This document shows, piece after piece, positions 13,001 to 23,740 of a stretch of 64,000 nt of DNA (within the stretch, counting starts at the first letter, position 1; each line of letters begins with the position of its first letter). The notes below the pieces were generated by a model. That model did no database searches. It was not told where the DNA came from and saw nothing but the letters and a program-made list of their open reading frames with translations. This DNA comes from Leucoraja erinacea (lineage: Eukaryota). The DNA lies in the NCBI RefSeq assembly GCF_028641065.1, contig NC_073392.1:44578001-44642000 (forward strand), in the 5' to 3' direction. A program made the translations under genes and the position numbers.

Positions 13001-15336
13001 CCAGTCAAGTTTGAAGAGAAAAGTACATCTCTATGCAATGAGCTGTATAAGGTTAGTGTGCAGTTGAGAAGTGAAAATGTATTTACCATCATAACTGCTC
13101 ATTTGTGTTTCACTTAATTTAGAACAGTATTCTAAATTATGTGGGGAATCTAATTTGGTTTGCTGAAGTATAATTGCTGTTGGAAATTGAGGCTTAAATA
13201 TATCAACAAGTTGAGCAACAGAAGATACAGACTTAACAGAATAAATAGTGCAGTGCTGGCTCAAAGGGCCGAATGGCCTCCTGCACCTATTTTGTATGTT
13301 TCTCTTTATGCATTCCATGAAAGCTTTTTTTAGAAATCAGGTGGGGTAAAGCTTGATTTTAAGAAATTATTTTACCTGAGTTACTGCACAATTAACCTCT
13401 AATCTGTTTAGATACAATCACTGGTAGGAAGTAACTATTAAATATGAGAAGATTGTCAAATCCGGTTTTATAGCACCAGCAACCAATGTTTATTAGTTGC
13501 ATCATTGGGATTTGGGTATTATAATAGTTTCATGTAATTAATAGGTGATTGATGCTTCAGATGTGGTTCTAGAAGTGGTTGATGCCAGAGATCCTCTTGG
13601 TTCCAGATGTCCTCAGGTGGAGCAGGCAATCTTGCAGTCTGTGGGAAAGAAGCAACTAGTTCTTGTAATGAACAAAATTGGTAAGATAATATGTTAACTG
13701 CGTAGTTTTATTAATTAAATAACAAAATTATTAAACAGAATTGGGAATGGAGAGGGTGTGCATGTTTAGAATTTTGCCATTTGCAAAGTAAGTATAACTT
13801 TTTTTACTGTTTAGATTTGGTGCCAAAGGAGAACACAGAGAAATGGCTGAAATATTTGGGAAATGAGTTTCCTACTGTAGCTTTCAAATCGTCCACACAG
13901 CTGAAAGACAGGACAATGGTATGTTTCCCAAGAGGTTCTAATTTAACCCAATGAAGTGCTTTGTTTGTTTGACTGCCATAAAAACTGATGAAAGTTGTAA
14001 AACTCTTGATTTGTATGAAGAGAAAGTTCCAACTCTGATTTTATGCAGTTGATTAAAAAATATTTTTCCAACAATTTATCTTCTATGCAATTAAACAACT
14101 TTGTTTCTTTCCAAACAAAACAGTATGATACAAGCCCTTTGGCCCACGCTGTCAATGCCAAACATGATATATTTCCCTCCATCTCCATGTGGGTTTCTTA
14201 ATGCCACTATCGTGTCTGCCTCTGCCACCACCCCTGGCAGTACATTCCAGGCATTGACCACTGTGTTGGGGGAAAAAAAACCTTTCGTATTTTCTTAAAC
14301 TGAAAGCTTCTAAAATATTGGCCTTGTTTTAAGATGAACCAGAATGATGCAGAGCCTATTTTCTGCAAGTGTGCTAAAGGTTGCAGTGACCAATGTAATC
14401 AAATTGGCTGTATGGAATTTGTGTCTTGAGATATTATTGCTTTATTTGTAGCCCCTTTTACATACCTTATGCTATTTAAGTTGCATGTATGCTAATTCAA
14501 AATAGTTATTCAGATACCCAACACTGATTCCTCTCTTTATAGAGATGTAATGGGCTGCCTCATGGTTGTTCTCCAGTTCAGCAGCATAACTAAACCAGCA
14601 CCAGCATAACTAAACTGTTGTGGTACCCAGGAACAGCAAAGATTTGGGGTTGGGGTATTAGCATGTGGAAATAAGAGTTTGGTATTCCGACTGCGCATGC
14701 CCAGGTCATAGCTCACTCGCCATAAACATTATTGGTAGCTGAGCAGCTGAACCTTCGTTTCATCGTATTTTCCAGCTTTGATTCTTCTAGGTAGGAAAAT
14801 ACTGCTTTCAAACAATGAATTAGTTGTATTTATTGTTCCTTTGAACAAGCTACGATGATTTTCTCGTCTTTATTGCTTTATGGTTCGGTGAGATTGTGCT
14901 GCAGGGTGGGGTCTGGGGCTGGGTCCAGGTTTCCGGCATTGTAGGCGATGTTGAGTTGCTGCTGGGCCGTTCCCGTCAACTCCCGGGTGTCCAGGGTGGC
15001 CCTGGGCTGGCTGGGGCATCGGCCCACGCTTGCAGCCTGCGCAGGGGAAGAGGTACTGGCTCCAGCTCGGCTCTGCTCCGGGATCCATCGGCTGTGCCTT
15101 TCCTTGTCCAGTGGCTGTCAGCTGACCCACTCGGTGCCGGGGGGGGGGGGGGGGGGGGGAATCGCCGGGGATGCACACGGGATGCCGCGGTGGCTCGGCA
15201 GATTAGGCAACATCTCTGGAGAAGGGTCTCGACCCGAAATGTCACTCATTCCTTTTCTCCCAGGATGCTGACTGTCCAGCTGAGTTGCTGAACGGTTTAT
15301 GCTTATCCCCGTTGATGGTTGATGCTCATCTTGCGT

Positions 15337-15371
<35 letters not shown>

Positions 15372-18300
15372 CGTGGCGTGGCGGTGCCCCGGCCCGACGG
15401 GGAACGGGTTCCTCCGGAGTTGGAGTGGGGTTAGGCCGGAGTTGGAGCTTCTCCACACTGGCTGTGGGCCTGGGGCACACAGGAGTCCTGTTGGTCCGGG
15501 GTAGCCCCGGATATCACCTGCTGCCCAGTGGCGGTTCATAAGCGCTTGCGGTGCCGGGGATCCGGGTTTGATCCTGGCTGCGGATGAGGCAGGATTACCT
15601 GGAACCCCCGTTCCTCAGTTTTAATATATTTTTACACATAAATTATGAATAAAGATAAACATTTATACAGTTTATTCAGCCAGCGCTTTGTTTGCTTTTT
15701 CTTCATTGTGATTTTCTTTATTATTTATTCCTTTGACAAATTCCATGATTCCTTCGTTATTCGGAATACCGAACTCGCTTATTCAGTCTTCCATTTCCTC
15801 ACAAAATATAATGGGTTACTAATGTATTGCAACACTTGTGTTTAAAATGTGTGAACACAGTTAATGATTTAATTACAGCATAGCCAAAGAAGTTTCCATT
15901 CTAATTTTTATAAATTACTTTCACTTGAATAGGCACTGAATAAAAAATTGAGGAATGCTGTGGAGATATCCCGTAGCAATACCTGTGCAGGCGATGAAAC
16001 TCTTTTAAAATTGCTTGGGAGCTACTGCAGAAATCAAAATTTGAAAAGCATTAATGTTGGTGTTCTCGGTGAGTGTGTACTTACAAATTTAAGTCAATTA
16101 CTTAATGGTGACTTTAAATTTTCAAAATTTCTCTATCAAAATGGCTTTAACCATATAACAATTACAGCATGGAAACAGGCCATCTCGGCCCTACAAGTCC
16201 GTGCCGAACAACTTTTTTTCCCTTAGTCCCACCTGCCTGCACTCATACCATAACCCTCCATTCCCTTCTCATCCATATGCCTATCCAATTTATTTTTAAA
16301 TGATACCAATGAACCTGCCCCCACCACTTCCACTGGAAGCTCATTCCACATCGCTACCACTCTCTGAGTAAAGAAGTTCCCCCTCATGTTACCCCTAAAC
16401 TTCTGTCCCTTAATTCTGAAGTCATGTCCTCTTGTTTGAATCTTCCCTATTTTCAAAGGGAAAAGCTTGTCCACATCAACTCTGTCTATCCCTCTCATCA
16501 TTTTAAAGACCTCTATCAAGTCCCCCCCTTAACCTTCTGCGCTCCAGAGAATAAAGACCTAACTTATTCAACCTATCTCTGTAACTTAGTTGTTGAAACC
16601 CAGGCAACATTCTAGTAAATCTCCTCTGTACTCTATTTTGTTGACATCCTTCCTATAATTGGGCGACCAAAATTGTACACCATACTCCAGATTTGGTCTC
16701 ACCAATGCCTTGTACTAGACTAATTGGGACCCATTGGGTCTCTGTCACACAGGAAGCCTGGTCCCCCAACGCAAACCATTCCCCAATGCAAACCGTTCCC
16801 CAACGCAATATTCCACCACTCACCCGTTCCCCCAATGCAATATTCCACCACTCACCCATAGCCCACAGCTTCTATACTCAATGCTCTGATTTATAAAGGC
16901 TAGCATACCAAAAGCTTTCTTTACCACCCTATCTATATGAGATTCCACCTTCAAGGAACTATGCACGGTTATTCCCAGATCCCTCTGTTCAACTGTATTC
17001 TTCAATTCCCTACCATTTACCATGTACGTCCTATTTTGATTTGTCCTGCCAAGGTGTAGCACCTCACATTTATCAGCATTAAACTCCATCTGCCATCTTT
17101 CAGCCCATTTTTCCAAATGTCCTAAATCACTCTGTAGACTTTGGAAATCCTCTTCATTATCCACAACATCTTGGTATCATCTGCATACTTACTAATCCAA
17201 TTTACCACTCCTTCATCCAGATCATTGATGTACATGACAAACAACAAAGGACCCAACACAGATCCCTGAGGCACCCCACTAGTCACCTGCCTCCAACCCG
17301 ATAAATAGCCATCCACCATTACCCTCTGGCTTCTCCCATTCAGCCACTGTTGAATCCATCTTGCTACTCCTGCATTTATTACTCTACTAGTTTCCCTTAC
17401 CTCACATAATTTAATATCCTTCTCCTTGGTGAATACCGAAGAAAAAAAATTGTTCAATATCTCCCCCATCTCTTTTGGCTCTGCAGATAGCTGTCCACTC
17501 TGTCTCTCCAATGGACCAATTTTATCCCTCGTTATCCTTTCGCTATTAATATAGCTGTAGAAACCCTTTGGATTTACTTTCACCTTAGCTTTGTGGGCAT
17601 TTCTCAAATATCTTTGATTAAAAATTATGAGCAACTCTTGTTACAATATTCTTTTACATCCCTCATTCGTCCAATAAAATTAAAAATCATTTGATTTGGT
17701 TACTTGCTAATCATGCTGGTAAATTCAAATTTCCTTTGTGAGTGGAGACGCAAGATGGCAGATGCTGGAATCGGGAGCAAATCATAAACTGCTGGAGGTA
17801 TTTAAGTGGCATCTATCATGGCAAAAGTAGTCGATGTTTCAGATTGTGACCCTTCATCAGACTCTCTATTAAGAACTCTACGGATTTAGAATTTGAATTG
17901 AATCTAAAACAACAGTTCCCTAATAGTTGTCTCACGATATAATTCAAAGCATGCAATATATTCAATATTTTGTCCTTACCGATCCTTTTTGTTTCAGGCT
18001 TTACAAATGTAGGGAAAAGCAGTATAATTAACAGCTTGAAGAAAATGAGAGCTTGCAACGTGGGACAATTAAAAGGACTTACAAAGTAAGCTGTGATTAT
18101 GTTTGGAAATTTGTATATTTAAATGAAACAAAGTAGTTTTGGCCCAAATTTTCAGGATAACCCATACTATGTTTCTGCAGATGTTCCAAAGTTGCAAATT
18201 AAAAAAAAAAAATCAAATTAGTTGCACAGTAACATTAATTAGATTTTAGAATGCGCTTGAGAGTAGTTTTATTTCTTATAATACTTTTATTGGAATGTGC

Positions 18301-21209
18301 ATGGTTTAGTGCTCTACATTTGATTTCAATTAGGTTCTTGTGGGTCTATTAGGACATGGTGTGAGAGGACATTCTATAAATTAGTTTGGAGATTTGTATA
18401 TTTAAATGAAACAAAGTAGTTTTGGCCCAAATTAGTGCCTGGTCAGACAGGAGGAGTTTGTAAGGTCTCTTGAAACCTGTCCTTCAACTGTAAATATATT
18501 TTGATTGTTTAACATTCTATTAATATCCTTCAATGCAATAATAGCAGGTGTGAAACTGTCTTGCTTGGTAATATTTCCCTAACTTTGGGTATTGGTATTT
18601 TTTTTTTGCTTAAACTAATTTTAGCCAGGTTACTGAGTGAAAAATGAGGACAACTTACTTAGCCTGATTTTCTATGACTGTTAAAGATCCAACTCTGATT
18701 TCACTCGGTGTCATTATGCCTGCTTTATCATGGTATAGAACTATTGACTTTCTTCACTGTGGTAACTGTAGTGTTATGAATACAGAACTATGCAGGAGGT
18801 ACACATCAACAAGCAGATCAAATTATTGGACTGTCCAAGCATTATTCCTTCACCGTCAAACTCTCTCGTTTCCTTGGCCTTGAGAAACGTTGTGGATATT
18901 CAGGCACTTGAAAATCCTACTGCCATAGTCGAACTCATCGTGAAAAACTGCAATAAACAGCAGGTACTGATTATCGTTTATTCCCCTGTGCTGCTGTGAA
19001 CATTTAAAATTATATGGTCTCATTTAATAGGAAAGTAATTGTATTTTGAGTGAGAAATGAGGAAACTTGCATTTTCTGAAACTGTGTGACTGCTAAAGAT
19101 CCAACTCTGATCTCGCTCTGATTTTTGGCCAAATTCAACGTAGAATAATGTATCAATTTATTTGTAACACCTATGAGCTTCATTTCTTATGTGATGCTGA
19201 CTGCAGTGAATCTGTTCTTTCAGTATCTGTAAAGGTGGCATTGATCTTAACTGTAATGACAACTTGTTTGTGTCATCTTCAAATCACATTCTGTCATTTC
19301 TAACTTCTTACACAGCTCATGTTGCAGTATAATATCCCAGATTTTCGAACACCACTGGAGTTTTTTATGTTGCTGGCTCAGAAAAGGAGATTGTTGAAAA
19401 AAGGAGGGATGCCTAATCTTGAGAGTGCAGCAAAAATTATCCTTTGCGATTGGACGGGGTAATTAAAATGTTGCTATCTGAACTATAAATGCATGATTAA
19501 AATAATTGACTATATAAATAAATGGCAAATCTTGAATGAAGAAATCCAAAATAGATTCATACATACTTTGGAGTAAAATGTGCACTGTATATAACATTGG
19601 AATATTTCCTTATTTAAGGGCGAAGATTAGTTATTATACACATCCGCCTGAGAAAGATATCTCCGAAAAACTTGTGGACGGAGCAAAAATAGGCTTTAAT
19701 ATTGCAGAACTAATAAAAGGAAATGTGACTACATTGAAAGGTAATTAATTTGTGGTACAAGTGAAATGTCAATGTCTGAATTTTCTAATGTATTGGTTGT
19801 AAAGGCAAATTAGCAATCCCATTGTGAGGAGAATATATACAGACTCTTGTTGCACAGCTGTAAATATAAATCATTTGCAGATAAAGCGGCTTCAGTAGTG
19901 GAGATGAAAATGGGTCACAGTGGAATTTCAGTTTATTGATGTTTTCCAAGGAAGAACGGGCTGGGAAAATGTGTTCCTGGGATTTGAACAACTTGGGATA
20001 TAAAAGGCTGTTGGCTCTTAACTGCGTGTCGCTCCCTGCAAATCACCTCTGTTAGTACATACCAGCCTTCAATTAATAGTCCCAAATTTGCCCTTTTTGC
20101 CTCCCCGCTAGTCGTTAAATGTCCTAATGTGGCCAGCAGCATAGTATTCCAATCTATGGGACCAACACATGGGCTGCTTCCAGAAGGAAACACTGAGAAA
20201 TTGCAGGATGTGGAAGAGGGAGAAGAGAATGATGAAGATTTGGAGGTAATAACTGCTGCGTGCATCTTTGGGGCTACTACAACAGTCCTTAAATCGTATG
20301 CTTAATCTAAGAATGGCATCGGGCACTATATTAAGTACTGGTGTTTACAATTTGTATATCTCAATTTGCCATTTATTCCTCTTTAAAAAATAAAAAAATA
20401 ATAAAAATAGTTGAAACATTTAATTTAGATATAAATTTTAATATTAAAGTGGATGACATATTCTGACGCTTCCTAAAATGAGGAATGCCAAAACAAGGGA
20501 TATTAAATGAATCTATCCCTCTCATCCATGGTCCAGCTTTGTGGTGTTTTTGTTTCTAAGAATGATTGTAACAAGTATTGGTGGGGTTGGGGTTTATAAA
20601 AGGTTAAGAGAAATTTATATATGAGGTCACTTGTTTTCTTTTTAAAAACTTCTCAGGCAGAATATGTTGAAGTAGATGAGAGTACAATTGAACGGTTAAA
20701 AACAAACAGATGTTCAGCAGACAACCAGTTGCAAGGAAAAGATAAAGCAATGCCCTGCAAGAAAAAGCAACACGATTCAGGTCAGTTTTTCTTTTGGTCT
20801 TAAGCTGTGAATGTAGAAAGAGCTTGTTTCACCTCTGCAATTGCAAAAACAGGAACAATGGAGGAAGTATATAAACGCAGATTAAAGTTAATACTGATCC
20901 AAAAATGGAAATAATTAAAAATTATCTTTTACAATTGTTCTGAAATATATATATGTGTGCGGGTGTGTGTATATATATATTATACATATTCATATTGCTT
21001 GGAAAAAAGGTTTTGTATTTGTAACATTTGTAAATACTGTTGTATTTGTATGGAGGAAACTTCAAGGATTTCTCATTCTCAAAATAATGAACTTTTATTT
21101 TTGCCTTTCAGAGAAAAGCGATCTCCCAAGTCAAAAACATATAAATATTGATCTCTCCTGTGAAAGACCAATGGATGATGCGTATAATTTCAACACTGAT
21201 TATGTTTGA
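7008..21209 (+). CDS. GNL3: Guanine nucleotide-binding protein-like 3 (nucleostemin), 555 aa, 15 coding exons
   Basis: Exons 7008-7020, 7337-7395, 10294-10437, 12760-12870, 12974-13051, 13545-13680, 13815-13918, 15933-16068, 17998-18085, 18786-18963, 19316-19458, 19619-19740, 20112-20245, 20657-20780, 21112-21209. All GT-AG with matching phases, 1668 nt. Protein starts [35 protein letters not shown] and has permuted GTPase motifs [21 protein letters not shown]; ends [11 protein letters not shown]. Confidence 0.96.
7030..7300. repeat. C-rich tandem repeat (CCCGCCGGCTCCTCC-based) in GNL3 intron 1
   Basis: Repeated cgccggctcc units separated by C-runs. Confidence 0.75.
7597..7878 (+). mobile_element. 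tRNA-derived SINE (HE1-like); further copies on - at about 11250-11462, 27145-27345, 35890-35990, 44005-44278
   Basis: B-box-like GGGTTCAATCC and core tggagtttgcacgttctccccgtg..ttcctcccaca. Confidence 0.7.
7920..9435 (-). mobile_element. Tc1/mariner IR-DR-type DNA transposon; transposase pseudogene 9048-8044
   Basis: [14 protein letters not shown] paired-like [32 protein letters not shown]. Long TIR with two GGTCTGAATACT DRs ending CACTG|TA at 9435; left TIR lacks its outer part. Confidence 0.9.
11697..12392 (+). mobile_element. GC-rich non-autonomous retroelement with Rex1-like 3' tail
   Basis: Homologous to 36760-37462; ends gaatttcccc..ggggattaataaagt followed by (tctaa)n. Confidence 0.6.
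13973..14048 (+). ncRNA. SNORD19: C/D box snoRNA, divergent SNORD19-family copy (GNL3 intron 7)
   Basis: Terminal stem ctgccataaaa/ttttatgcag, box C TGATGA, guide AAAGTTCCAACT directly before box D CTGA (14035-14038). Confidence 0.7.
16148..17588 (-). mobile_element. CR1 LINE fragment interrupted by a Helitron end
   Basis: [28 protein letters not shown]; internal deletion. Confidence 0.9.
16715..16865 (-). mobile_element. Helitron 3'-terminal fragment
   Basis: Hairpin GACCC-AAT-GGGTC followed by CTAG|T on the - strand. Confidence 0.6.
18635..18706 (+). ncRNA. SNORD19: C/D box snoRNA SNORD19 family (GNL3 intron 9), guide for 18S Gm683 (human numbering)
   Basis: 8-bp terminal stem gagtgaaa/tttcactc, box C ATGAGGA, D' CTGA, guide AAGATCCAACT complementary to 18S AGUUGGAUCUU, box D CTGA 18695-18698; about 80 nt upstream of the 3' splice site. 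Confidence 0.9.
19048..19118 (+). ncRNA. SNORD19: C/D box snoRNA SNORD19 family (GNL3 intron 10)
   Basis: Stem gagtgaga/tctcgctc, box C ATGAGGA, D' CTGA, guide AAGATCCAACT, box D CTGA 19107-19110. Confidence 0.9.
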
Positions 21210-21310
21210 GGATCCACCAAGGTGCACAGCTAGAACATTTGGACTACACAATATATTGCATTTATTAGTGAACCAATTATTTTCAATGTTTGAAAAGGAA
21301 GTATTTTAAT

Positions 21311-21330
21311 ATTAAATATGAAACATTAAA
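21311..21330 (+). terminator. Probable GNL3 polyadenylation signals
   Basis: Two ATTAAA hexamers (21311-21316, 21325-21330) about 100 nt after the stop codon. Confidence 0.5.
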
Positions 21331-22426
21331 TAATTTAATGCTACATGATGTTGCTTATTTATTTAATCAATTTACAAAATGGAAGTAGAAAATAACCTGC
21401 AAGAATGAGCATGAGAATTTGGAATATTTTTGTTTTACTCCAGCTTGATAATCCTAGTATTTTGTAATTAAGATGACAAATTCTGATACAATTTAGGAAA
21501 AATTGAGAAGATTTAACAGCCCTTGTTCATACGACACAGCATTTAAATTGAGGATTTTTAATCCAGCCATGCAATATGGAGAAAATTTGAAATGTTCTAA
21601 TTGGTGGCACCATTGTAACATTTTAATATAAACTAAATACTGTGGGTGCTGAAAGTCTGATTATAACATTCTATCTAAACAAATCTTGGATTCATTTATC
21701 TAAATAAATGTTAGATTCTGATGTAATTTAGATTCTAAATTAGATCTCAATTTAGAAATCCAAAAGGTGCTTCAATATGAACTACCTTTCAAATGCCTCT
21801 TAATATACTCTTATCAGAACCTACATGAAATGCCTCAACTGACCCACAGGAATACGTTTATTTCATAGTGATCGAAGTTTTAGTCGAGTTAAAAGCAAAT
21901 TAGTTTCAGTACCTTCCTACAGGTTGTTGAAACAATCTGTTCCTAATTCAGTTTGCAATTCAACTAAGCTAATGTAGTTTATATGCTCGATAACATTTTG
22001 AATTCTCACACTATGAAAATTACCAGAACCTAGTAATAAGGTTCATTTTTAAATGGCTTCTGTCCTACCCATCTAATAATAGGAGGACAAAAACTTACCC
22101 AAGTGATAAACATATTGCTACGTTTTCCTTAAACAATTGAAGTGCAATTTGTACACCACAATAAAATTCTTCAAGAACTCAATATAAACATACTCTGGGT
22201 TAAAATATGTACGTTATGGTCATTCTTTTGAGCTGGTTTACACAGGCTTTGAACAGTTAATGACAATTATGAATTTTAAAACACTTCACTGTAGGTAATG
22301 TCGTTGACCATAATTAAAACAGAATCTAAAAGCACTAATTGAATGTTAATTCAAGAAATAAATTCCTGAGTGGAAGTTTTTTTTTCACAAACTCATGAAG
22401 TTATTAGTTTAGAAGTCTCAATTTTT

Positions 22427-23678
22427 CTAATGAGCATCCTCTTCCTCTGGGTGTCGACGTACTGGGTGGAATTTTCCAGTAGGGTCTGGAATATACCACC
22501 TATCCCAGATTTCACTGTAAGGGGAAGTGCGACCCCAGGGTTTGAACCGCCCATTCCAATGCAGCAACTTGGCAGCGTTAATAAAATGTGGTGAATATCT
22601 GGTACCGGCACTAGACCCTACAAGAGGGGAAAAAATGCATAAATAGAATGTTAATCTTTATCTGAAATATGCTGGTAGTTATATTACAGTTGAATACAGC
22701 TCTGGTGAGACTATCTGGACTACTGCATTCAGTTTTCCCCTAACGATAACTTGGATAGCAAGGTGTTTTCTTGCTTGGTTATCTTGTAAACTAGACTAAG
22801 TGGGACCTGTTGGGTCCCATGTTCACACAGGAGGGCTGGTCCCCTGACGCAATATTCCACCTCTCCACCAATTCCAATATTGGTGGCTGGGGGGGGACGG
22901 GGGGGCTTTCTGGAGCGCTGGTATGGATGTTGTTGGCTGCAGGGACTACTGGTCTCCAGAGGGCTAGCATGAATATTGTGGGCCAAATGAATTATTGGGC
23001 TCAAACCTGATGTGCTGGCAGCTCACAGCTGGTGGGCTGGCAGTTGACTCACGGCTATTCCTTGAAATTCCATTTCAAGCAAGGTGCTAGACAACCAAAT
23101 TCAAATCCATTTTCCTACCATTTCAAGCAGGGTGCAAGGCCACCAAATTCAAGTGCAGTTTCATACCACTTCATGCAGGGTGCAACAACACCACATTCAA
23201 ATGCAGTTTTGTGCTATTTCAAGCAGGGTGAAACCACACAAAACACCACACAGTTCAGTAGACATTCAGTGTGTTCATTTGATTCACAGCTCAGACAGAG
23301 TCGTGACTCTCCCTCCCCCATCATGCAGAGACTGAGCCACACCCACACTTCCAGGTTTTATAATCCCTCCCCCCTCCCAACAGAAAAGGTGTGGCCTTCA
23401 TGGCGTGATTGACAGGAGATAGATTCTCAACATTTTTTAAACACTAATAACACTTTTGTTTTTCATTGATGGGAAGAATCCTCTGCACCTGATGAGCGGA
23501 GGGGAACTGAGTAAGATGGCCAAAAATCAGAGCCATAGGTGGTAGCGTTTTATCTAAATTCAATTTAGTGCAAACAGGAAGTTGTCAAGTTTAAACAAAC
23601 AACCATTTCCAGGCAGTGCCATTTCACTTCAACACATACCCCCCAAACCACTATTTGCATGCAGTGCCTTTTCACTTC

Positions 23679-23740
<62 letters not shown>

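Noticed and set aside
19459-21111. SNORD69, hosted by human GNL3
   Set aside because: No C/D pair with an AATCCAAC-type guide found by eye; an Infernal search is needed before claiming loss.
23681-23738. Long pure poly-C run (also poly-G at about 15338-15372)
   Set aside because: Homopolymer lengths are unreliable; possibly sequencing or assembly artefacts.
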